From assembly GCA_965203175.1 (NCBI GenBank), contig OZ241867.1, forward strand, positions 1,664,001 to 1,728,000: DNA of 64,000 nucleotides, read 5' to 3'. This DNA comes from Candidatus Latescibacterota bacterium. Its GTDB lineage: Bacteria > Latescibacterota > UBA2968 > UBA8231. Below, one piece after another: positions 46,725 through 55,150 of the stretch. A model generated the notes under the pieces. That model saw only the letters and a program-made list of their open reading frames with translations, was not told the DNA's origin and ran no database searches. The translations under genes were made by a program, and so were the position numbers. Within the stretch, counting starts at the first letter, position 1. Each line of letters starts with the position of its first letter.

Positions 46725-47551
46725 CGTCGCCGCGCTGGAGAGCGGCCCTTGCTCAGCGACGGTGCCAACGCCTCGTAGCCGACCGCACAGGATTCGTCGA
46801 AATCCATGGTGACAAACGTCTCTATCGCCAGGGCTTCGGCAAAGCCGATGTCCCAGAGCCCCTGCACGATGCGCGGATAGTCGAGGCTTCCATGGCCGGG
46901 GATTTTGTGGTCCCAGTCGGGATAGGTGCCGATGTGGTCCTTGAGGTGGGCGTGTACAATGCGCCACTGCCACTGGTGGGCGACCGCGACCGGGTCCAAG
47001 CCGAGGAGCGTCAGATAGCAAGGGTCGAAATTGATGCCAAAGGACGCGCTACCGACTTCGTCGTGCAACTCCAAGAAGCGCTCGGGGGTGTCGGTGAGCC
47101 AACCGGCCCACACGCCATCGACTGCCAACTGCACGTTGCGAGGCTCTGCGTAGGCAAGCGCGTCTTGGAGATAGGCGACCACTCGCCGCCAAGCCTCGGC
47201 TCGCTGGGCGTCGTCATCTTTGGGACCGCCCATGTGGAAGACGACGAGCGGTGCGCCGACGTCCACGGCCAGATCAACCGATCCCTTGAGGTCGAGCGGT
47301 TCGTCGGTAAAGAGCGAGTTAGCGAGATTGGCGTGGGTGATGACGGCTTCGATGGTCAGATCCAGCCGGTCGGCAATGCTCCGCGTCTGCGCGCGCAACT
47401 CGGGCGTCACTGAGCGCGGGTCTGCCGACGGCCCGTGGGTCCCCGAGATGTCGATGCCGTCGTAACCAGTAGCGGCGATTTTTTCCAGTGCCGTCCCGAG
47501 CGGCATTTCAAGCCGGTCGGTGTAGCTATAGGTGTAAAAGGCAAGGCGCAT
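46721..47551 (-). CDS. Sugar phosphate isomerase/epimerase (TIM barrel)
   Basis: GYDGID, INFDPC, HAHLKD, PGHGSLDY. Confidence 0.85.
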   Translation of the reverse strand: MRLAFYTYSYTDRLEMPLGTALEKIAATGYDGIDISGTHGPSADPRSVTPELRAQTRSIADRLDLTIEAVITHANLANSLFTDEPLDLKGSVDLAVDVGAPLVVFHMGGPKDDDAQRAEAWRRVVAYLQDALAYAEPRNVQLAVDGVWAGWLTDTPERFLELHDEVGSASFGINFDPCYLTLLGLDPVAVAHQWQWRIVHAHLKDHIGTYPDWDHKIPGHGSLDYPRIVQGLWDIGFAEALAIETFVTMDFDESCAVGYEALAPSLSKGRSPARRR

Positions 47552-47679
47552 GGCTCAAATTAAGTTGCTGGATGCCGACGTGCATGGGAGGCTTCTTCCT
47601 TGGTAGGAGGAAGCAAAACACACATCTTATTCTATTTAATCGAACCCTTTTTTGCAATTTTACGCAGAGGAGATACGAC

Positions 47680-48762
47680 ATGGCACAACCGTTGGGTAAA
47701 GCCTACGAACAGATCGCGGCGACGCAGCCGCGCGGATCGTATCGCGGCGCAGTGGTCGGTTGCGGGCGGATGGGTAGCACTATTGACGACGAGCACATCG
47801 GGATGCCGCACTATCCGTGGCCGTGGGCACACGCCCCGGCGATGATCGAAGCGCGGGGCATTGAGTTGATCGGCGCGGCCGACGTGGACCGAGCCAAGTT
47901 GGACGACTTTGCCCAGCGCTGGGGAGTGGATGCCCTGTACGAAGACTACCGCGAGTTGGTCGCCCAAGAGCGGCCCGACGTAGTGGCGGTGACGACGCGG
48001 CCCGACGAGCGAGCCGAGGTGGTCATCGGCCTAGCCGAGGCCGGGGTGCGGGCGATTTTTGCCACTAAGCCGATGTGCCGCACCTTGGCCGAGACCGACG
48101 CCATGATCGCGGCGTGCAAGGCAAGCGGCACCATTCTGTCCATCGCCTGCCATCTCAATTGGTACAACTGGTACACCAATGCGCGGCAGGCCATAGCTGA
48201 CGGAGCGATTGGTCGGCTGCGCTCCATGGTCTGCCACTGCCCGCACAGCCTGTCGAATCTGCAAAGCCATACGCTGGCCTTGTTTCGGCTGTTTGCCGAA
48301 GCACCGGCCGAGTGGGTGATGGGCGAGATGGACGACGACGCGCAGGCTGCGGCCGACCGGGATTTATCCGGCTCGGGTTACATTGCCTACGCCAACGGAG
48401 TACGCGGCTTTTTGAACTCCCGCGCCGACCGCTCGGGGCATGCGTGGACCTTGGAGTTTATCGGCGAGCGCGGGATGATCGTCTCGCGCAACGCCCACGC
48501 GCAATTCGAGCTGTGGGGAGCGCATCCAGAGACCGGCGAGCCGATCCAGCGGCAGTTCCCCAACCCGTGGCACCCGCGTTCGTCCATGGTCGATGCAATT
48601 GAGGGGGTCTGTCGGGCGATTGAGGAGGGGGAAGAGCGGATTTGCCCAGGGGAATTTGGGCGCGAGGCGTTGGAGATTGCCATTGGTTTGCGCGAGTCGC
48701 ATCGGCAGGGCAATGGGCGGGTGGATTTGCCGCTGGCGAATCGGGCGTTGCGGATGGGCTAG
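47680..48762 (+). CDS. Gfo/Idh/MocA oxidoreductase
   Basis: VGCGRMG, YEDYREL, ATKPM, GAIGRL; SD AGGAG. Confidence 0.85.
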   Translation: MAQPLGKAYEQIAATQPRGSYRGAVVGCGRMGSTIDDEHIGMPHYPWPWAHAPAMIEARGIELIGAADVDRAKLDDFAQRWGVDALYEDYRELVAQERPDVVAVTTRPDERAEVVIGLAEAGVRAIFATKPMCRTLAETDAMIAACKASGTILSIACHLNWYNWYTNARQAIADGAIGRLRSMVCHCPHSLSNLQSHTLALFRLFAEAPAEWVMGEMDDDAQAAADRDLSGSGYIAYANGVRGFLNSRADRSGHAWTLEFIGERGMIVSRNAHAQFELWGAHPETGEPIQRQFPNPWHPRSSMVDAIEGVCRAIEEGEERICPGEFGREALEIAIGLRESHRQGNGRVDLPLANRALRMG

Positions 48763-48765
48763 TAG

Positions 48766-49523
48766 ACCAAGAAGATAGCAAGAAGGGAGCTTTCTCTGCT
48801 ACAGTTGGCGCAAGAAATGAACAACATAAGCAAAGCCTGCCGGCTGATGGGCTACTCGCGGCAACAGTTTTACGAGATCCGTCGCAACTACCAGACCTAT
48901 GGCGCGGAGGGCCTGATTGATCGGTTGCCAGGAGCCCGAGGGCCGCATCCGAACCGGGTTAGCCCCGAGGTGGAGCAGGCCATCTTGGCGCACTGCTTGG
49001 AATACCCCACCCAAGGCTGCCTGTGCGTTGCCCAAGAGTTGGCCTTGCAAGGCGTTCAGGTTAGCTCCGGCGGCGTGCGCGGCGTGTGGAGCCGGCATCA
49101 TCTGCTATCCAAGCACGAACGCCTGCTGCGTTTAGAGCAACACACCCAACAACGGCGCGTCAAACTGAGCGATCAGCAGATCCAACTCCTAGAGCGGTTC
49201 AGTCCCGAATTTAGGGATCGCCACATCCAGACCCACTATACCGGTGAGTTGCTTGGCGTCGACCCCTTTTACGTCGGCACCCTCAAAGGACGTGGTATGA
49301 ATCCGTTGACCAGATGCAGAAAGATTTAGATGCTTATCTGGTCAAATATAACCAGAAGCGCCCGCATCAGGGCCGTAACATGAACGGCATGACGCCCTTG
49401 CAGGCGTTCAAAAAAGGGATCACCACAAGACCCCAGAACAAGGAGGAAGCATTGGAGAAGAGCACAACCTGAGCAACATACACCCGAGCAGGGAACGTGT
49501 CAGGTAATTACCATCGCTGTACA
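48766..49523 (+). mobile_element. Defective IS481-family element
   Basis: NISKACRLMGYSRQQFY HTH; jumps from FYVGTLKG to YNQKRPHQG in another frame, so most of the DDE core is missing; right end TGTCAGGTAATTACCATCGCTGTACA. Confidence 0.85.
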
Positions 49524-49612
49524 AGCTGTAAGTAGTTTTATCACGGACGGTCCAGATGCTTTCCGTCTGGGCAGTCTAAAAACCATCATCAATACAAATA
49601 AAAAGGAATACG

Positions 49613-49864
49613 ATGGCCGAACTTAGATTTAACCCACAAGGCAAGAAGGCAAACGTACCCATCCGCCATACCATTGAAAGGTATATAGAAATTCATTTGG
49701 AGGACGGGACGATTTTGAATTTTAAACCAACAATTACTCGGGTTGATCGTTATGTAGATCAGTGGGATCATGAGGGTAATCCGATTTATATGATTCATAA
49801 TGGTCCGAATGTAGTTGGTGTTCAGCATGTTCCGGGAGACATGAAAAGAAAGAAGGATAAATAG
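49613..49864 (+). CDS. Small hypothetical protein in an AT-rich islet
   Basis: AAAGGA SD; LEDGTILNFK...DHEGNPIY. Confidence 0.65.
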   Translation: MAELRFNPQGKKANVPIRHTIERYIEIHLEDGTILNFKPTITRVDRYVDQWDHEGNPIYMIHNGPNVVGVQHVPGDMKRKKDK

Positions 49865-50002
49865 ATCCCAATAGTATTACTTATAACAATCAATTCATCG
49901 ACGGTCGCATTCATTTCATTCCTCCTTTTAAGATGGGGTTTTGGACAACGTTTGCGGTCTTTCTACAAACATAAAGTCAGTAGGTATATAAATCCTAAAA
50001 CA

Positions 50003-50033
50003 AGGGCCGTCCAAGCAGATGTTGGACGGCCCT
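50003..50033 (-). terminator. Hairpin terminator downstream of the secreted-protein gene
   Basis: AGGGCCGTCCAA/TTGGACGGCCCT with a T-rich tail on the minus strand. Confidence 0.7.
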
Positions 50034-50059
50034 ATGTCGAGGGTATTACTTACTTCTTT

Positions 50060-50758
50060 TTATTTTATCAACACCAGCCGCCGCACCCGTACCCCCTGTG
50101 CGCTGGCGAGCCGGTATAGATACACCCCGCTGGCCAGCACCGCCCCGCTGTCGCTGCGGCCACTCCAAGCAATCTGATAGCGCCCCGCCTCCTGCACGCC
50201 TTGGACCAAGGTGCGCACCCGCTGTCCCTGGACATTGTAAATGGCCAATTCCACCGGCCCGACCTCGGAGAGGGTATAGACAATTTGCGTTTCGGCGTTG
50301 AATGGGTTGGGATAGTTAGCGTATAGACTAAAGGCCACCGACTCGGCCGCCGAGCCGGTCACCGTCGCCGTGTTCTTCCCGTCGGGTGGCACCGAAAACG
50401 CAGCGGCGTTCCACGGCAGCCCACCGCTCTTGGTCGTTATGAGACGACACTCTGGTGCCGGTCCTTTGTAGAGCATCTGCTTGCCGGCGAGGTCGTAATA
50501 CCAAAAGGCGGACCCGCAGGGAAGCGCATTGATGATTTTTTTAAGCTTGATTATTAGCGGTCTTATCTGCTGTACTTCCTGAGCGGAGATCGCGCCGTCC
50601 GCTGACAACTCCTTGATCATTTCCACGAACTTGCGGGAAGTGTCCAGGAGGTGTTTCTGAAACTCCTTGTCCGCGCGGACCGGGAAGGCGGCCAGCACAG
50701 TCAGCAGCACCGCCATCGACATGAGGCGGATGCTCCCACAGCGGCTTACAGCGCCCAT
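50060..50758 (-). CDS. Small secreted protein with a C-terminal FlgD-Ig/T9SS-CTD-like domain
   Basis: Signal peptide (VRA-D); NYPNPFNAETQIVY...YNVQGQRVRTLV...ASGVYLYRL. Confidence 0.78.
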   Translation of the reverse strand: MGAVSRCGSIRLMSMAVLLTVLAAFPVRADKEFQKHLLDTSRKFVEMIKELSADGAISAQEVQQIRPLIIKLKKIINALPCGSAFWYYDLAGKQMLYKGPAPECRLITTKSGGLPWNAAAFSVPPDGKNTATVTGSAAESVAFSLYANYPNPFNAETQIVYTLSEVGPVELAIYNVQGQRVRTLVQGVQEAGRYQIAWSGRSDSGAVLASGVYLYRLASAQGVRVRRLVLIK

Positions 50759-50765
50759 GGTCCCT

Positions 50766-52331
50766 TCAGCGCATGAGATCGGCGATGCGCTCGCCGATGG
50801 CCATCGAGGTAATGTTGGTGTTGGCGCGCACGCAGTCGGGCATGATGGCTGCGTCGGCGACGCGCAGGTTTTCGAGGCCGTGTACCCGGCCGTACTGATC
50901 GACGACGGCCATCAAATCGCTCGCCGGTCCCATCTTGCAGGTCGAGGAGACGTGGTGGCTGGTGCCCACTTCGCGCCGCATCCACTCGTCGAGCGCGTCG
51001 TCGGTGTCGAGTTCGGCGTCGGTGGGGCCGATGCGCTCGACGACAAGGGCGTCGAGTGCTTCGTGTTTGAGCATGTCGATGATGATGCGGATGGATTCGC
51101 GCAGCCGGCGGCAGTCTGAGGGCTCGGCCAAGTAGTTGTAGTCGAGCACGGGCTGCACGCGCGGGTCGGTGGAAGCCAGTTTGAGCTCACCTTTTCCCTC
51201 GGCCAAATAGATGCAGCCGACCAAGTAAAAGCCCAAGGGTTTGGAATGCGACGAGATGTAGTAGCCCTCGGTCGTGGCAAAGGAGGCCGGGATGATGAAC
51301 ATGTCGTTGCGCCAGTCCGATCCGGCGGCCGTGTAGCGCAAGCCGATTTGCAGCCGAGGCTCCGTGCCGTCGCCGAGGTACTCGTCCTTGGCCCGCAAAG
51401 TCACGCTCACTTGCGGATGATCGCGCAAATTCTGGCCGACACCGGACAGATCGCACACCACGTCAACACCCATTGCCTCTAAGTGCGCGGCCGGCCCGAC
51501 GCCCGACAGCAAGAGCAGGTGCGGCGAGCCAATCGCCCCGCCGCAGAGCACGATTTCTCCGCCGTGGACCGTGGAGAGGGCACCGTCGCGCTCGACGAGC
51601 AAGCCGGTGGCGCGCTGGCCGTCAAAAATCACTCGGTGGACGTGGGTATTGGCTTGAATGGTGAGGTTGGAGCGACCGCGAGCTGGGTTGAGGTAGCCGA
51701 TGTTGGTGCTCCAGCGGATGCTCTCGGCGTTGTTGAGAGCCAAGGGGCCGACGCCAGTAGAATCAGGGTCGTTGTGGTCGGGGCAGTCGGGGTAGCCAGC
51801 GGCGAGCGCGGCCTCGTAGAAGGCGCGGTGCTCGGGATTGAGTTCGTGGTCTTTGAACCGCCGCGCGCGGATGGGGCCGTCGGCACCGTGGTAGGGGGCG
51901 TCGCCGTAGTCGGGATCGGATTCGAGGCGGCACAAAAAGGGCAACAGGGCGTCGTGGCTCCACAGGTCGTTGCCCGCCGTCGCCCACGAGTCGTAATCTT
52001 CAGGCACTCCGCGCAGAAAAATCTGCGCGTTGACCGCACTCGACCCACCGACAATTTTGCCGCGCGGCACAAACATATCGGGGCGCAAATCCGTAGCCCG
52101 GGCGCGATACTCCCAGCCAAATCGGGTACTCAAGCCAAAGGCGCGATCCCAGATATTGCGGTCGCGCCCGTACGCATAGCGAATCTCCTCGGGCAAGTCT
52201 TCAACCGCAGCAAAATCCGGCCCGGCCTCCAGCAGTAAAACCGACCGACTCTGATCCTCGCTGAGCCGCGCCGCGAGCACCGCACCCGCCGCGCCCGCCC
52301 CGGCAATGACGACATCGTAAGACGCAGACAT
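50766..52331 (-). CDS. GMC oxidoreductase (choline dehydrogenase/MftG-like)
   Basis: GAGAAG, GKIVGGSSAVN, GAIGSPHLLLLSGVG, VGQNLRDH, RANTN. Confidence 0.92.
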   Translation of the reverse strand: MSASYDVVIAGAGAAGAVLAARLSEDQSRSVLLLEAGPDFAAVEDLPEEIRYAYGRDRNIWDRAFGLSTRFGWEYRARATDLRPDMFVPRGKIVGGSSAVNAQIFLRGVPEDYDSWATAGNDLWSHDALLPFLCRLESDPDYGDAPYHGADGPIRARRFKDHELNPEHRAFYEAALAAGYPDCPDHNDPDSTGVGPLALNNAESIRWSTNIGYLNPARGRSNLTIQANTHVHRVIFDGQRATGLLVERDGALSTVHGGEIVLCGGAIGSPHLLLLSGVGPAAHLEAMGVDVVCDLSGVGQNLRDHPQVSVTLRAKDEYLGDGTEPRLQIGLRYTAAGSDWRNDMFIIPASFATTEGYYISSHSKPLGFYLVGCIYLAEGKGELKLASTDPRVQPVLDYNYLAEPSDCRRLRESIRIIIDMLKHEALDALVVERIGPTDAELDTDDALDEWMRREVGTSHHVSSTCKMGPASDLMAVVDQYGRVHGLENLRVADAAIMPDCVRANTNITSMAIGERIADLMR

Positions 52332-52363
52332 GAAATCCCCCTTCGTAGCTCAATCCTATAGGC

Positions 52364-52450
52364 ATGAGATGCTTCGACTCCGCTTTGCTCCGCTCAGCAT
52401 GACAGGTGATGACGCCCCATGCTGTCGTGCTGAGCGGCTAAGCATCTCAT
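52364..52450. repeat. REP-like inverted-repeat element
   Basis: ATGAGATGCTT/AAGCATCTCAT outer arms; CCGCTCAGCATGACAG/CTGTCGTGCTGAGCGG inner arms. Confidence 0.7.
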
Positions 52451-52499
52451 ACCGCTTCTGTACTTTTAGTCTAATATAGGGAAGTCACAAGAGACGTTC

Positions 52500-53882
52500 C
52501 TACCCCAACTGTTCCGCCAATTCCTCCGCCGGATAGGTAATAATCTCCGCCAAGGTCGGATGATAATGGGGCATTTTAGCCAAATCCTGCACCGTCCCGC
52601 GAAAGTACATCACCGCGATCAACTCGTGAATCAGCTCTCCGGCCTCCGGGCCGACAATGTGGCCGCCGAGCACTTCGCCCGAGCGCGGGTCGCAGAGGAT
52701 TTTTACGTGGCCGCAGGTCTCGCCCATAGTCAGCGACTTGCCGTGGTCGTCAAAAGGGTAGCTGGCGACCAAATAGGGCCGGTCCGCAGCGCGGCAGTCC
52801 CGCTCGCTGAGGCCGACGCTGGCCACCTGCGGGTCGGTGAACACGACCACCGCGTTGAGGCGGTCGTCGAAGCGATGCTCGGGGCGGTCGGGATGCGTGG
52901 CGTTGTACGCGGCGATCTCGCCTTGCTCAATGGCGATGTGGACGACCTCGTGCTCGCCGTTGACGTCGCCGACGGCGTAGATGTGGGGCTGGCTGGTGCG
53001 CATGGCCGCATCGACGACAATGCGCCCGCCGGCGATCTCGACGCCAGCTTGGTCCAAGCCCAACCCGTCAATGAGCGGGCGGCGGCCGAGAGCTTGCAGG
53101 ACGAGGTCTGCCGAGGCCGTTTTCTCTGCGCCGCCGTGGGAAAAATGCGCAGTCTTGCGCCCGTTTTCCTCGGTAAATTGGCGCAACTGCGTGCCGGTGT
53201 ACACTTCCATGCCCTCCTCGCGGAAGCGCGCTTCAACCGGCCGCGCCAAATCCTCGTCACCAGCGGAGAGAATGTGATCGCTGCGCTGGATGAGCGTCAC
53301 CTGCGTGCCAATGCGCTGAAAAAACTGGGCCAGTTCGACGGCAATGGGACCGCCGCCGAGGACGAGGAGGCTCTCCGGCTGCTGGCACATGTCGAGGGCC
53401 TCGTCGCTGGTGAGGTAGCCGACGTGGTCCAGCCCTGGGATCGAGACGTGGTGGGGCGTAGAGCCGGTGGCGATGATAAACTGCCCGGCCTCAATGACGT
53501 CGTCGCCGGCTTGGAGCTTCTGCGGCGAGAGGAAACGCGCGCGCGCTTCGTAGAGCGCGAAGCGACCGTCGCTCAGTTGCTCGCGACGATAGGCGGCAAA
53601 GTCGGCGACCAGCCGCGCCTTGCGCTCGACGATGGCGGTTAAATCAGCGCGGACTTCCACCGGTGCTAGGCCAAACTCGGCGGAGCGGTCTAGATGCGAG
53701 GCTATTTCGGCGGAGCGCAGGATGGCCTTGCTAGGCATACAGCCGCGCAGAATGCACAGCCCCCCCCAAGGACCTTGGTCGATAACCGCGACATTGGTGC
53801 CAGCAGCGTGGGCCGTGCGCGCCGCGGCGTACCCGGCCGAGCCGCCGCCGATAATCGCAATGTCGCACTGCACAGTTGTCAT
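52500..53882 (-). CDS. Dihydrolipoamide dehydrogenase-family pyridine nucleotide-disulfide oxidoreductase
   Basis: GGGSAG, GGLCILRGCMPSK, GGGPIAVE, HPTLAE. Confidence 0.9.
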   Translation of the reverse strand: MTTVQCDIAIIGGGSAGYAAARTAHAAGTNVAVIDQGPWGGLCILRGCMPSKAILRSAEIASHLDRSAEFGLAPVEVRADLTAIVERKARLVADFAAYRREQLSDGRFALYEARARFLSPQKLQAGDDVIEAGQFIIATGSTPHHVSIPGLDHVGYLTSDEALDMCQQPESLLVLGGGPIAVELAQFFQRIGTQVTLIQRSDHILSAGDEDLARPVEARFREEGMEVYTGTQLRQFTEENGRKTAHFSHGGAEKTASADLVLQALGRRPLIDGLGLDQAGVEIAGGRIVVDAAMRTSQPHIYAVGDVNGEHEVVHIAIEQGEIAAYNATHPDRPEHRFDDRLNAVVVFTDPQVASVGLSERDCRAADRPYLVASYPFDDHGKSLTMGETCGHVKILCDPRSGEVLGGHIVGPEAGELIHELIAVMYFRGTVQDLAKMPHYHPTLAEIITYPAEELAEQLG

Positions 53883-53950
53883 AGTTTGTTTTTGTCCTAC
53901 TCTTGAACGGCTTGGTTTTTGTTTTACTGTTAAGCGATGAGGTTTGTTCC

Positions 53951-55150
53951 TTGAATGCACTACGCCCCATAGGCGCGGCTTTGCTCTGCTGCGCGCTGGC
54001 CCTGCCCGCTTGGAGCGAGGACTCCACCTATACGATGCGCGGCTTTGATGCGCGCATCCAGCGGGGTATAGACCTGATCTACAATCTGCGCTTTGCTGAG
54101 GCCGAGCGCCACTTTCAGGCCATCGTCGCGGCCGAGCCAGACAACCCGCTCGGCTACTTCTTTCGCGCGATGGTCTCCTGGTGGCGAATCCTCATCGACT
54201 TAGCCGACAAAACCCACGACGCGGAGTTCCACGCCCGGCTCAAGCAGTGCATTGAGGTCTGCGATCGGCGTCTAGAAAAAGACCCGATGGACTTCGACGC
54301 GATTCTCTTCAAGGGCGGTGCCATTGGTTTCCGCGGCCGCCTACACGGCGACAGAGAGCAGTACCTAAGGGCAGCGCGCGACGGATTGCGCGGCCTGCCC
54401 CTGCTGAAGAAGAGCCGTCAACTCGAACCGACCAACAAGGACATCCTCTTTGGACAGGGCCTGTATCACTACTTCGCCGAGGTCATGCCCCAACGTCACC
54501 GGATCCTCCGTCCAATCATGGCTTTTTTGCCCGACGGCGATCGCTCGCTAGGCCTCCAGCAACTCAAGGAAGTCGCCCGCGAGGGAGCCTACGCCCGCAC
54601 CGAGGCCGCCTACTTCCTCGGCCAAATCTACCGGATTTTTGAAAAGGACAACTGCAGAGCACTGCCCTATTTTGAGGAACTCTACAAGCGGTACCCGGAC
54701 AATGCAGTCTTCCACCGCTACGCCGCGCGGCTTATGGTCGAACTCGGCCGCTGGCGATCGGGGGTGGCGTTGTACGAAGAATACGTGCGGCGCAGCTTGG
54801 CCGACCAGACCGGCTATCACCGCCACGGCCGCTTGGAGGCGCATTACTACGCGGGCAAATACGCGTACTTTGAGCGGCGCTTTCCAGAGGCCGCCGATCA
54901 CCTAGCGGCAACCGACAGCCTCGCCGCCAATTCCGAGCGCAAGCGGGATCTCGCTTTTGCCGTGCTGGCCAACCTACTGCTCGGCCAAGTACACGACCTA
55001 GCGGGCCGCCGCGAGGACGCGGTTTTGCGCTACCAGCGGGTGCGGCGCTTGCCCGATCACGGGGACAGCCACCAACGGGCGCAGCACTATCTGCACGCGC
55101 CCTATCGCGAGGGCGCAGAGAAGGTCAATCCTGTCCCTCCAACCGAATGA
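53951..55150 (+). CDS. Secreted TPR-repeat protein (start uncertain)
   Basis: Signal peptide-like N-terminus; helical TPR-like repeats. Confidence 0.75.
   Translation: MNALRPIGAALLCCALALPAWSEDSTYTMRGFDARIQRGIDLIYNLRFAEAERHFQAIVAAEPDNPLGYFFRAMVSWWRILIDLADKTHDAEFHARLKQCIEVCDRRLEKDPMDFDAILFKGGAIGFRGRLHGDREQYLRAARDGLRGLPLLKKSRQLEPTNKDILFGQGLYHYFAEVMPQRHRILRPIMAFLPDGDRSLGLQQLKEVAREGAYARTEAAYFLGQIYRIFEKDNCRALPYFEELYKRYPDNAVFHRYAARLMVELGRWRSGVALYEEYVRRSLADQTGYHRHGRLEAHYYAGKYAYFERRFPEAADHLAATDSLAANSERKRDLAFAVLANLLLGQVHDLAGRREDAVLRYQRVRRLPDHGDSHQRAQHYLHAPYREGAEKVNPVPPTE

Noticed and set aside
50766-52331. Mycofactocin system (mftG)
   Set aside because: No mftA-F genes in the window; only a generic GMC call is supported
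52560-53642. Long antisense ORFs (also 26841-27815, 37339-38190, 62524-63363)
   Set aside because: Typical high-GC shadow frames of well-supported genes
52500-53882. Mercuric reductase MerA
   Set aside because: No C-terminal Cys-Cys, no NmerA domain and no mer genes; HPTLAE is lipoamide-dehydrogenase-like
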